From Fibrobacteria bacterium (GTDB taxonomy: Bacteria > Fibrobacterota > Fibrobacteria > UBA11236), in NCBI GenBank assembly GCA_043745805.1, contig JAYTSD010000035.1:1-52661 (forward strand): a stretch of DNA of 52,661 nt, given 5' to 3'. Positions 1-8,980 of the stretch are shown here, piece after piece. The notes below the pieces were generated by a model that had not been told where the DNA came from, did not search any database, and saw only the letters and a list, made by a program, of their open reading frames with translations. The position numbers and the translations under genes are program-made. Each line of letters begins with the position of its first letter. The first letter of the stretch is position 1.

Positions 1-149
1 AAATTGGTGCTAATTCGCTAGCTGAGAATTCGGAGCGTTTTTCGATACTATTGTATCAAAATTCGGTGAGTTCAAACTAAATGAGCTAAAAATACACCTA
101 TAAATTGCAAAAGGGAAATTAACCCTCGTCTAAATTTTCGGCGTGAGAT

Positions 150-1481
150 TCATTTCAAAGGGACAATTGCCCGCCCAGAAAAATTACGCCAGAAAAAATT
201 GTTTTGATCCTCGTCGTGTTCCATAATTTTTATTCCCCATCCATTTTTAAAATGCTGAAATCGAAAATGCTCTGTTAATCTTTTGTCTTTCGATAATAAA
301 GCAATGGAAGTAGTAGCGATTAAGCTCTTATGCGTAAATTGAAAAGTGCCCGAACCTGAAGTAAGTAAATGCACCCAATTATTATCGGCCACTAAGCTAT
401 AAGGAACCGGTGGCCCAGGTATAATTAAAGCGATTTCCGAACGCCCCCATGTTACCCCAAAATCAGGCGAGTATTTATAGCCTACCGTATCTTTACCCGT
501 CCACCAAACCACATACACAGCGCCCTCCGGCGTCATCCACACATGTTGATGTTCTCGTTCAACACCTTTATCATCGGGTAATTTTTTAACTCCTAACCAA
601 GTTTTCCCACTATCATTGGAGCGATTAAATGCCAATCGATCGGCCGGTAAGGGTAGTCCTATAGAATCGGCTTCTCTTTGCCATATCACAAAAACTTTAC
701 CTCGCTCGGAACATACTTGCACACGAGCCTGACGGTGGCTCTCGGCATTTGTTTCCCCAATAAATAAGGGTACACTCCAAGTTACCCCATTGTCAGCAGA
801 GCGAATATAATAAGTGGGTCCGGCACCAATACTTGTTAAAACTTTGGTGTAAGGGATATGTAAAACATTACCATCTATGGCTATGGTTTGCCCGCCGCCG
901 TAGGTTCCTAAGGAATCAGCCAATTTTACACCTGAAGCCCAAGTTACTCCGCCATCTGTCGATCGAAAATAAGCCATGTATCCATTAGCAGCAGGCCCAA
1001 GTCCCGCCACATGTACAAAATTCCCATGCGCTACGATTCTCGCTCTGCGCAATAAAAATCCATCCGATGTGATACGAATAGGCTTAGTCCAAGTTTTCCC
1101 CTTGTCTATAGATTTTCTAAAATCGGCGTGTTGTTCTACCGGACTCATATCGCCTTCGGCTGTGAGTAGATAAAGTGAATCCCCTATCGCAAAAAAACCA
1201 CCGTACATCATGGGAAAATTATTGTAAGCAGGGGCTATGATCGTGGGTGTGTTCCAAGTTACCCCATTATCCAAAGAAAGCCGATGAACTAAGTTTCCGC
1301 CAATATGCCCTACTACATGCAAACCATTCCCCAAAGCCAAACGGCCATTCGATTCAACCGGAGAAGTCGGCATGGACCAAGACATTTGAGCATTTAGTGG
1401 AGTGTTAATACAAATACTTAGGGCCACCAAAAAAAGTATTTGCTTAAATAACTGTGAATTGAATACGAAGTTTTTTTTCAT
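150..1481 (-). CDS. Secreted BNR/Asp-box beta-propeller protein (sialidase-fold family)
   Basis: Six Asp boxes (SLDNGVTW, SIDKGKTW, STDGGVTW, SADNGVTW, SNDSGKTW, SPDFGVTW) and an N-terminal signal peptide. Start moved to ATG 1481 (MKKNF), which follows AAGGA. Confidence 0.8.
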   Translation of the reverse strand: MKKNFVFNSQLFKQILFLVALSICINTPLNAQMSWSMPTSPVESNGRLALGNGLHVVGHIGGNLVHRLSLDNGVTWNTPTIIAPAYNNFPMMYGGFFAIGDSLYLLTAEGDMSPVEQHADFRKSIDKGKTWTKPIRITSDGFLLRRARIVAHGNFVHVAGLGPAANGYMAYFRSTDGGVTWASGVKLADSLGTYGGGQTIAIDGNVLHIPYTKVLTSIGAGPTYYIRSADNGVTWSVPLFIGETNAESHRQARVQVCSERGKVFVIWQREADSIGLPLPADRLAFNRSNDSGKTWLGVKKLPDDKGVEREHQHVWMTPEGAVYVVWWTGKDTVGYKYSPDFGVTWGRSEIALIIPGPPVPYSLVADNNWVHLLTSGSGTFQFTHKSLIATTSIALLSKDKRLTEHFRFQHFKNGWGIKIMEHDEDQNNFFWRNFSGRAIVPLK

Positions 1482-1575
1482 TTTATCCTTCTTTATCCCT
1501 TTTAATACCTTCAGACTAGGTTTTTTTGAGGCCCAATGCACCGCACAGATAAAAGTTTTTTGGGGGGTCCCAATC

Positions 1576-1661
1576 GTTTATAAATAATATGACATTTGTT
1601 TGTAAACCTCTAGTTAATACCCTATTTTTATTGAATAATTGTTTATAAACTGTTTATAAAA
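1576..1661. promoter_or_regulatory. Four copies of a palindromic 10-mer (consensus GTTTATAAAC) in the divergent intergenic region; candidate operator array
   Basis: GTTTATAAAT 1576-1585, GTTTGTAAAC 1598-1607, GTTTATAAAC 1641-1650, GTTTATAAAA 1652-1661. Confidence 0.6.
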
Positions 1662-1681
1662 TAATTGGATATATTTAATAA

Positions 1682-2515
1682 ATGCCGGAACAGACCCTCT
1701 CCATTTTCGCCTATTTCAATTATCGCGATTATTTGCGAGATTACTTCGCTTATCGTAAAGCATTGAATCGGCATTTTTCACATCGCCTCTTCGCACAAAA
1801 AGCAGGTTATAATTCTTCCGGTCTTTATTTGCTTTTAATAAAGGGAAAACAAAATCTTACCGCCGCTTTAATTCCCAAATTCATTAAGGCTTTGGAATTG
1901 CAGACACGTGAAGCCGAATACTTTGAACATTTAATTAATTTCACCCATGCCAAAACCGCAGCGGGAAAACAAAATGTATTTGAAAAAATGATCGCTTTAT
2001 TGCCGGCAAATATATCGCATATCGGAAAAAATCAAAGAGACTATTATGCCTCATGGACTAATATTGTGATACGCGAAACACTTTCCGTATTAGATGTGCA
2101 AGAAGACTATCAAGTCTTAGCCGCATTCTTGAGCCCAGCCATCAAAACTTCCGAAGCCAAGGCTAGCATTAAATGTTTGGCCTCTCTAGATTTAATACGC
2201 AAAAATAAACAAGGATTTTGGCGCGCCACCAAAACATCGCTCAAGGCAAATCCTGAGCTAGGAGTAGCGATTATTCATCCTTTTCAAAAAACCATGATCG
2301 ATTTAAGTAAAGTGGCTTTAGATAATGTTTCACGCGAGGAACGCCATATAGCCTGTTCCACCTTTAGTATTTCCGCTCAAGGTTTGGAAAGATTAAGTGG
2401 AAAAATCGAAAACTTTCTTGCAGAAATTGGAGAATTGGTGCGTTCCGATTCTAAAGAAAATCGAGTGTATCAATTTAATGTGCAACTTTTTCCCGTAACC
2501 CAGAGCATACCCTAA
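1682..2515 (+). CDS. TIGR02147 family protein (N-terminal HTH, C-terminal DUF4423), probable regulator
   Basis: Family-like N-terminus IFAYFNYRDYLRDYF...FSHRLFAQKAGYNSSG...GKQNL, central YYASW...IRE, C-terminal VYQFNVQLFP; 277 aa. Confidence 0.85.
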   Translation: MPEQTLSIFAYFNYRDYLRDYFAYRKALNRHFSHRLFAQKAGYNSSGLYLLLIKGKQNLTAALIPKFIKALELQTREAEYFEHLINFTHAKTAAGKQNVFEKMIALLPANISHIGKNQRDYYASWTNIVIRETLSVLDVQEDYQVLAAFLSPAIKTSEAKASIKCLASLDLIRKNKQGFWRATKTSLKANPELGVAIIHPFQKTMIDLSKVALDNVSREERHIACSTFSISAQGLERLSGKIENFLAEIGELVRSDSKENRVYQFNVQLFPVTQSIP

Positions 2516-3945
2516 TGCGCCGCTTAAAAAAGAATATTAGGGTTAATTTGCAAACATTTATAGCATCCATCCTTTGCCTGATTTTTTTAAATAGTTGCTC
2601 CCAAAACCAAGTGGCAGGAACATCGACCAATACTGGAAACACGATTACTTTAGCGGCTCGAAAATCCGATGGAAGTCCAGCAGCCTATGCCCGCTTACGT
2701 ATTCGCGAAAGTGGGTTTGTACCCGATTCTATTCCCGCTCCTAGTTTATCACTAAAATTCCAGCAAGAATTAATCGCTGATTCCAAAGGCTTATTCATAG
2801 TTACTCTTCCCAATAAAGGTCAATATTTTTTTGCCGCATACACGGACAAAAATGATTCATCCGAAGTATTTTGGATGGATTCTGTTACCCAGGGTAATAT
2901 TCCCGATACGGTAAAACTACAAGTCACCGCGATATTAAAAGGCCAAATCATTTTAAACGACTCTATCAAGACATCGAGTGCTTTGAATATTTGGATAGGG
3001 TTTCCTGGTACGGATCATTTTATTGCCCTCACCAAAGAGGGTTCCTTTATTTTGGATTCACTTCCTCCGGGTACGTCGAAGTTACAGGTCATACAGAAAT
3101 TACCCGATGGTGTCGTGAAAAATTTCCAAGTTAAAGGTTGGAATACCGTTTCGGGTGATACCGTCGTTTTAGATTCCTTGCCACAACCTGCCAATATCTC
3201 CACTGAAATCATCCCAGCGGAAGCCTGTTTGGAAAACCCTCACCGTATTCTTCCCGTTACCCATAACTACAAACTGACCAAAGCCATACACCTTTTAAAT
3301 TCCATACGCCTTTCCTCTCCCGCAGAATGGATTGAAATAGATGTTTGCCTTGGAACTTGGAGCATAAAATCTGTTTTGACTCAATCTCTAAAGGGCGGTA
3401 TGGATTTATTTTCTGGATTCAATTCTAATTATTTACTGCTTCATGATTCCCAGCAAATACAAAAACTGGATACCGTTACGACAACTCAAACTTTCCCCTT
3501 CCCAAACAACTTAGCCCAAAGTGATTATCAAGCGGGACGATTTTATGCTTTAAATCATAATGACTCTTTACTGCACGTTTTCCCAAATGAAAATGCATGG
3601 CTGACCAATCAAAGTGATAGCGCCATCGCATTGCCCAATAATTTCCTAGTTCAAAGATTTGCAGTGGGCGATCAGGCTATTTATTATCTCTCGCAAACCG
3701 ATAGCTTAAGAATTATTCGTTATGATATCGCCAAGCATTTATTTTTGCCACCCGTAACCTCCAATGATTTTACCGGTAAATGTCTAGGAATGGCCTATAT
3801 ACAAGATATTCATGGCGAAGAACTTTATTTATTGAATGATTCCAAGGAATTATTTAAAGTCAATGTCAATACTGGAGTTTTACTTTTTAAAGCTAAAATT
3901 AATATGCCCGATTCGTTAAAAGGTTTGGCAGGGCCTTTTCAATAA
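2515..3945 (+). CDS. Lipoprotein with N-terminal AGTSTNTGN motif, carboxypeptidase-regulatory-like beta domains and a probable C-terminal beta-propeller
   Basis: Lipobox LIFLNS-C (Cys28); TAATG stop/start overlap with the upstream gene; beta-rich segments such as GSFILDSLPPG. Confidence 0.65.
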   Translation: MRRLKKNIRVNLQTFIASILCLIFLNSCSQNQVAGTSTNTGNTITLAARKSDGSPAAYARLRIRESGFVPDSIPAPSLSLKFQQELIADSKGLFIVTLPNKGQYFFAAYTDKNDSSEVFWMDSVTQGNIPDTVKLQVTAILKGQIILNDSIKTSSALNIWIGFPGTDHFIALTKEGSFILDSLPPGTSKLQVIQKLPDGVVKNFQVKGWNTVSGDTVVLDSLPQPANISTEIIPAEACLENPHRILPVTHNYKLTKAIHLLNSIRLSSPAEWIEIDVCLGTWSIKSVLTQSLKGGMDLFSGFNSNYLLLHDSQQIQKLDTVTTTQTFPFPNNLAQSDYQAGRFYALNHNDSLLHVFPNENAWLTNQSDSAIALPNNFLVQRFAVGDQAIYYLSQTDSLRIIRYDIAKHLFLPPVTSNDFTGKCLGMAYIQDIHGEELYLLNDSKELFKVNVNTGVLLFKAKINMPDSLKGLAGPFQ

Positions 3946-3999
3946 ATACACCCATGGGGAGTTTTGATTCTGTCCTATAGTTGCTAAATTATTTGAACA

Positions 4000-4581
4000 A
4001 TGCATGATATCTTGATAAAGCACATAAACCAGCTTCTGTTCCAACCATTGAATCCGCTCGAAGAAAAGGCGCTATCGGATCGCTTTGTCCAAAGGTCATA
4101 TCGTAAACGACAGTTTCTACTTCAATCTGGAGATCTTTCTTCTAGGAATACCTTTGTCGTTGAAGGGTGTTTTCGCGTTTATGTCGTAGATCCGAATGAA
4201 AAGGAACACAACCTTCAATTCGCAGTTGAAAACGGATGGGTTGTCGACATGGGCAGCTTGTACAAGGAAGAGCCGTCCGAGATGAATATCGAGGCCTTGG
4301 AAAGTTCCATCGTTCTGCAAATCGAACAAAAAAACCTTTATGATCTTTATGATAATTTCCCAGTATTCAATCGCGTCTTCCGGGTCTTAGCTGAAAACGC
4401 CTACGTAGCTTTGCAAAAGCGCCTCACTCGCTCCTTAAGCTTTAACGCTGAAGAGAGATACCAAGACTTCATTAAACGCTATCCCCATTTATTGAACCGG
4501 ATTTCCGATGCGAAAATCGCTTCTTTTTTGGGCATTACTCCCGAGTTTTTGAGTAAACTAAGGCGAAACTTTAATAAGTAG
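4000..4581 (+). CDS. Crp/Fnr family transcriptional regulator (short type)
   Basis: cNMP-binding-like barrel (FVVEGCFRVY...EHNLQFAVE) plus AEERY and C-terminal HTH IASFLGITPEFLSKLR. Confidence 0.9.
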   Translation: MHDILIKHINQLLFQPLNPLEEKALSDRFVQRSYRKRQFLLQSGDLSSRNTFVVEGCFRVYVVDPNEKEHNLQFAVENGWVVDMGSLYKEEPSEMNIEALESSIVLQIEQKNLYDLYDNFPVFNRVFRVLAENAYVALQKRLTRSLSFNAEERYQDFIKRYPHLLNRISDAKIASFLGITPEFLSKLRRNFNK

Positions 4582-4588
4582 CGTTCCG

Positions 4589-4653
4589 AGTCTTAACCTA
4601 GATTAAGACTACGGCTTAAACTGGTTGAAGGTTTTTTCCTAACCTAGTTCTAT
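4589..4653. promoter_or_regulatory. Three phased 16-bp imperfect palindromes, likely Crp/Fnr-protein binding sites
   Basis: CTTAACCTAGATTAAG 4592-4607, CTTAAACTGGTTGAAG 4615-4630, CCTAACCTAGTTCTAT 4638-4653; exact 23-bp period. Confidence 0.6.
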
Positions 4654-4762
4654 TCTGATTAGAACGATCTCCCCGTATTATTTATTCAAAGTCGACCACA
4701 GTGGTTCGACTAAAACAAAGGGCTGCACACATGTGGAAGTAGCTCACATCTAGGAGATTATC

Positions 4763-5254
4763 ATGAACGTATCGAAATTAAAATTGGCTAGTATTGTAGT
4801 TGCACTCAACTCTCTCATTGCTTGGGGCAAGGAAACGGCCAAGACCGTGACATTAGACCCCATTCAACAGACTGAAATTGAACAGCTATTGGGCAAGTAC
4901 GAAGTGGCCTTAAACGCCAGTGACGTACCGGGAGTTTTGCAGGTCTATTCAACTGACCCCGTGGTCATGACTGCCGAGCATCCCGCAGCCGTGGGTGCTA
5001 CCGCCGTAGAAGGGTTCTACACCGGAACCTTCAAGGCAATTGGGTTGAATCTCAAGTTCAAAATTGCCGAAGTGAAAGCTCTTGGTACCAATTGGGCGAT
5101 GCTGCGTTCGACGTCCACCGGCACCATGAAGATCAATGCCAATGGCGCCGAGATCCCTTCGTCCTTTCAGGAACTGTTCGTGGTGCATAAGGAAGGCGGC
5201 AAATGGAAGTTTGCCCGCTACTTCTTCTCGTCCACAGTTCCTGCTGCGAAGTAA
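4763..5254 (+). CDS. Exported NTF2-like/SnoaL-like (YybH/DUF4440-type) protein
   Basis: AGGAG SD; signal peptide; YEVALNASD...YSTD...ELFVVHKEGGKWKFARYFF. Confidence 0.8.
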   Translation: MNVSKLKLASIVVALNSLIAWGKETAKTVTLDPIQQTEIEQLLGKYEVALNASDVPGVLQVYSTDPVVMTAEHPAAVGATAVEGFYTGTFKAIGLNLKFKIAEVKALGTNWAMLRSTSTGTMKINANGAEIPSSFQELFVVHKEGGKWKFARYFFSSTVPAAK

Positions 5255-5315
5255 GAGGCTCGGAACTCCTCGCTTGGCATAGAAGAAGTGACAGAAAGAA
5301 TAACTAAACGAACTA

Positions 5316-5343
5316 GAAAGGGACGGTTTGGCCGTCCCTTTTC
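5316..5343 (+). terminator. Intrinsic terminator-like hairpin
   Basis: AAAGGGACGG-tttgg-CCGTCCCTTT downstream of the NTF2-like gene. Confidence 0.7.
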
Positions 5344-5379
5344 AATAAGTATCTTTAATCCTTTTAATCAGGAACTTTT

Positions 5380-5871
5380 GTGACTCATAATGATGTTTTT
5401 CGCCGCGTTAGGTTTATTTTTAATTTCAATGATTCCACCATGATGGCCATTTTTGCTTTAGCGAATTGCAAGGTGACGCGAGAAGAAGTCAGTGATTGGT
5501 TAAAGCAAGATGATATTCCTCAATTTAAAGCCATAACCGACCATCAATTAGCCATTTTTTTAAATGGATTAATCATTAAAAAACGTGGTAAAAAAGAAGG
5601 ACCGCAACCTGAAGCCGAAACAGTTTTAAATAACAATATTGTATTTCGAAAATTAAAAATCGCTTTAGATTTTAAAGAAGAAGATATTTTAGCCACGATG
5701 AATTTGGCAGGTTTCCCCATTGGTAAACATGAACTAAGTGCTTTCTTCCGCAAAGCCGATCATAGCAATTACCGCGAGTGCCAATCCCAAATCTTGCGAA
5801 ATTTTTTGATGGGCTTACAGAAAAAGTATAGAGGTGATGTCGTTCCCGAAACCACAGAATCACCTGCTTAA
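5380..5871 (+). CDS. DUF1456 (YehS-like) family protein
   Basis: MTHNDVFRRVR, FLNGLIIKKRG, NNNIVFRKLKIAL, ELSAFFRK...YREC..QILRNFL; GTG start. Confidence 0.9.
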   Translation: MTHNDVFRRVRFIFNFNDSTMMAIFALANCKVTREEVSDWLKQDDIPQFKAITDHQLAIFLNGLIIKKRGKKEGPQPEAETVLNNNIVFRKLKIALDFKEEDILATMNLAGFPIGKHELSAFFRKADHSNYRECQSQILRNFLMGLQKKYRGDVVPETTESPA

Positions 5872-8800
5872 ATGTCGGCCTTTCCAAAGAAAATAAATCA
5901 CCGGGTAGACGGCTAACTCCATTAACACGGAGGTTACCACACCTCCCACCATAGGCGCAGCAATGCGCTTCATCACATCCGAACCAGTGCCGTGACTCCA
6001 CATAATGGGAACCAATCCGGCTAGTATTACCGAAGCCGTCATAATTTTTGGCCGCACTCTTTGCACGGCCCCCTGATCAATTGCCGCCTTCAAATCCTGC
6101 AAGTTACGCATCGCGCCGGTTTCTTTGGCGGTGTTGTATGCTCGCTCAAGATAAAGCAACATGACGACGCCAGTTTCCGCATCCAGCCCCGCTAAAGCAA
6201 TAAGCCCCACCCATACCGCTAAACTCATATTATAGCCAAGGAAATAGATATACCATACTGCCCCCACCAAAGAAAAAGGAATCGCTAAAAGAATAATTGC
6301 CGTCTTGATCAAAGACTTGGTATTCAAAAAAAGGATGATGAGAATAATGAATAAGGTTAGGGGGATTACCAGCATTAAGCGTTTTTGCGCTCTTTGTATA
6401 AATTCAAATTCACCACTCCATACCAAATTATAGCCTGCAGGTAATTGTAAATTTTTAGAAATCACTTTTTGTGCATCTTTGATATAGGTTCCGATGTCTA
6501 TGCCACGCATATCGACAAAGACCCAAGTATTAGGTCTACTACTTTCCGTACGAATAACCATAGGCCCGCGTGAGGGCATTAGCTCAGCGACTTGTCCAAG
6601 TGGTATTTGTTGTCCTGAGGGTGTGGGAATAAGCACTCTTTTTAAATCTTCCAAATTGTCACGCAATTCTCGACTATACCTTAAATTTACGGAATAGCGT
6701 TCTAAACCTTCTACCGTTGTGGTTATGCTCATCCCTCCCATGGCCGTTTGGATCACGCTTTGTATATCCTGTACATTTAAACCGTAACGTGCAGCCTCCA
6801 CGCGATTGATTTTTATATCTAAATAATTTCCACCCACTGCTCGTTCCGCAAAAGCAGATGAGGTATGCGGCACCTTGCGCATCAAAGCTTCCACTTGCTG
6901 GCCAATTTTTTGCAAAGTATCCAAATCAGGGCCAGACAGTTTAATCCCTACCGGCGTTTTTATACCGGTGCTCAACATATCGGTGCGATTTTTAATCGGC
7001 ATAGTCCAAGAATTCGTAAGGCCCGGAAATTTTAGCGCCGCATCCATTTCATCGATTAACTTTTCCACCGTCAACCCTTTAGGCCAAAGTTTTTCGGGCT
7101 TTAAGCGAATGGTAGTTTCCACCATATCCAGACCTGCTGGATCAGTAGCGGTTTCCGCTCGACCAATTTTTCCAAACACCTGTTCCACCTCAGGAAAACT
7201 GCGAATGATTTTATCGGTTTGTTGCAATATCTCTTTGGATTTCCCAATCGAAATACCCGGAAGCGTAGTGGGCATATACAACAAATCGCCTTCAAATAGC
7301 GGCGGCATAAATTCCGATCCCAATTTTTGAAAAGGAATAAATGTTACGGTAACTAAAAGCAAGGCCAAGGCTAAAACACTTTTAGGATATTTTAAAACTG
7401 TATTAACCAAGGGATGATATAAGTGCATCAACCAGCGATTGATAGGATTTTTATGTTCGGGAAGAATTTTTCCACGAATAAAATAGCCCATTAAAATCGG
7501 GACTATGGTAATAGATAAAATTGCTGAGGCCGCCATTGAGTACGTTTTGGTAAATGCCAAAGGCTGAAAAAGCCTGCCCTCTTGGGCTTCCAGCGTAAAC
7601 ACTGGAATAAAAGAAACCGTAATCACCAACAGGGACCAAAATAAAGAGGGTCCTACTTCTTTCGAAGCGTCGAGAATAATTTCCCAATGATCTTTTCTTT
7701 CTCCTAATGGTTTTAAGTTTTCCTGCTCCAAATGTTTATGGGCATTTTCAATCAGGATAATCGCTCCATCCACCATGGCACCAATGGCGATGGCAATTCC
7801 TCCCAAAGACATAATATTGGCATTAATACCTTGATAGCGCATGATGATAAAAGCAATTAATATCGCTGTAGGCAAAGTAAATACCGCCACTAAAGCACTG
7901 CGCATATGCAAAAGAAAAATACCGCACACTATCGCGACAATAATCATTTCTTCAATTAGTTTATGCTGTAAATTATCCACGGCCCTTTCTATTAATTGCG
8001 ATCGATCATAAGTAGGAATAATTTTTACATCGGGAGGAAGCCCTGCTTGTAATTCCGCAATTTTTTTTCGTACCGCAGCAATGACCTGCAAAGCATTCTG
8101 GCCATAACGCATGATAATCACACCACCAGCCACTTCACCTTGCCCATCCAGCTCCGCAATGCCGCGCCGCATTTCTGGCCCCACAGTGATATCCGCAATT
8201 TCCTTAAGTGTTACCGGTATTCCTGTAGTAGCATTCACGTTAACTGGAATTTTCTGAATGTCTGCAAGTCCTTTGAGATATCCTAATCCGCGAATCATAA
8301 ATTCCGCTTCGCCCATTTCTAGTACTTCGCCACCTGCATCAGAGTTGCTATTCTGAATCGCCATTTCCACAGCGTTCAAAGAAATACCATAAGCTTGCAA
8401 CTTAGCAGGATCGACGGTGATTTGATATTGCTTCACATAACCGCCCACGCTCGCCACTTCACTCACGCCTTCAATGCTGGCGAGTTGATATTTTAAATAC
8501 CAATCCTGCATAGAACGCAACTCCTGCAAGGAACGCTTATCTGAGACCAAAGCATATTCATATACCCAGCCAACCCCGCTGGCATCAGGTCCCAAGGTTG
8601 GAATCACTCCGGCAGGCAAACGCTTTTGTGCTGTATTTAAATATTCCAATACACGGCTACGCGCCCAATAAATATCTGTTCCATCCGCAAAAATCACATA
8701 CACTAATGAATAACCAAAAAAAGAATACCCTCGTACTACTTTTGCGCCTGGCACATACACCATAGCCGTAGTTAACGGGTAGGTTACCTGATCTTCTAGG

Positions 8801-8979
8801 GTACGAGGAGATTGGCCTTTATACTCCGTATATATAATAACTTGTACATCGCTTAGATCCGGTAAAGCATCGATGGGTGTACGCGATAAAGCATATAGCC
8901 CCCATCCTATACCTAATAGGGTTAGCAGCATAACCAAAATTTTATTTTTAATCGATAGAGTAATGATTTTTTCCAGCAT
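5860..8979 (-). CDS. cusA: CusA/SilA-type Cu(I)/Ag(I) RND efflux permease
   Basis: DALPDLSDVQVII, LGPDASGVGWVYEY; Met triad contexts LLYMPTT, DMVETTI, DMLSTGIK; RVRPKIMT; 1039 aa. Confidence 0.92.
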   Translation of the reverse strand: MLEKIITLSIKNKILVMLLTLLGIGWGLYALSRTPIDALPDLSDVQVIIYTEYKGQSPRTLEDQVTYPLTTAMVYVPGAKVVRGYSFFGYSLVYVIFADGTDIYWARSRVLEYLNTAQKRLPAGVIPTLGPDASGVGWVYEYALVSDKRSLQELRSMQDWYLKYQLASIEGVSEVASVGGYVKQYQITVDPAKLQAYGISLNAVEMAIQNSNSDAGGEVLEMGEAEFMIRGLGYLKGLADIQKIPVNVNATTGIPVTLKEIADITVGPEMRRGIAELDGQGEVAGGVIIMRYGQNALQVIAAVRKKIAELQAGLPPDVKIIPTYDRSQLIERAVDNLQHKLIEEMIIVAIVCGIFLLHMRSALVAVFTLPTAILIAFIIMRYQGINANIMSLGGIAIAIGAMVDGAIILIENAHKHLEQENLKPLGERKDHWEIILDASKEVGPSLFWSLLVITVSFIPVFTLEAQEGRLFQPLAFTKTYSMAASAILSITIVPILMGYFIRGKILPEHKNPINRWLMHLYHPLVNTVLKYPKSVLALALLLVTVTFIPFQKLGSEFMPPLFEGDLLYMPTTLPGISIGKSKEILQQTDKIIRSFPEVEQVFGKIGRAETATDPAGLDMVETTIRLKPEKLWPKGLTVEKLIDEMDAALKFPGLTNSWTMPIKNRTDMLSTGIKTPVGIKLSGPDLDTLQKIGQQVEALMRKVPHTSSAFAERAVGGNYLDIKINRVEAARYGLNVQDIQSVIQTAMGGMSITTTVEGLERYSVNLRYSRELRDNLEDLKRVLIPTPSGQQIPLGQVAELMPSRGPMVIRTESSRPNTWVFVDMRGIDIGTYIKDAQKVISKNLQLPAGYNLVWSGEFEFIQRAQKRLMLVIPLTLFIILIILFLNTKSLIKTAIILLAIPFSLVGAVWYIYFLGYNMSLAVWVGLIALAGLDAETGVVMLLYLERAYNTAKETGAMRNLQDLKAAIDQGAVQRVRPKIMTASVILAGLVPIMWSHGTGSDVMKRIAAPMVGGVVTSVLMELAVYPVIYFLWKGRHLSR

Positions 8980-8980
8980 G

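Noticed and set aside
4592-4653. Mini-CRISPR reading of the 23-bp-period repeats
   Set aside because: Units are 16 bp with 7-bp gaps, too short for CRISPR, and no cas genes are present.
4691-4750. Riboswitch in the leader of the NTF2-like gene (hairpin GTCGACCAC-A-GTGGTTCGAC)
   Set aside because: Local hairpins only; no aptamer consensus recognised. An Rfam scan would be needed.
5860-5871. Convergent 3' overlaps (DUF1456/cusA here; also VanZ/TPR at 32188-32195)
   Set aside because: Short convergent overlaps are common in compact genomes and imply no special function.
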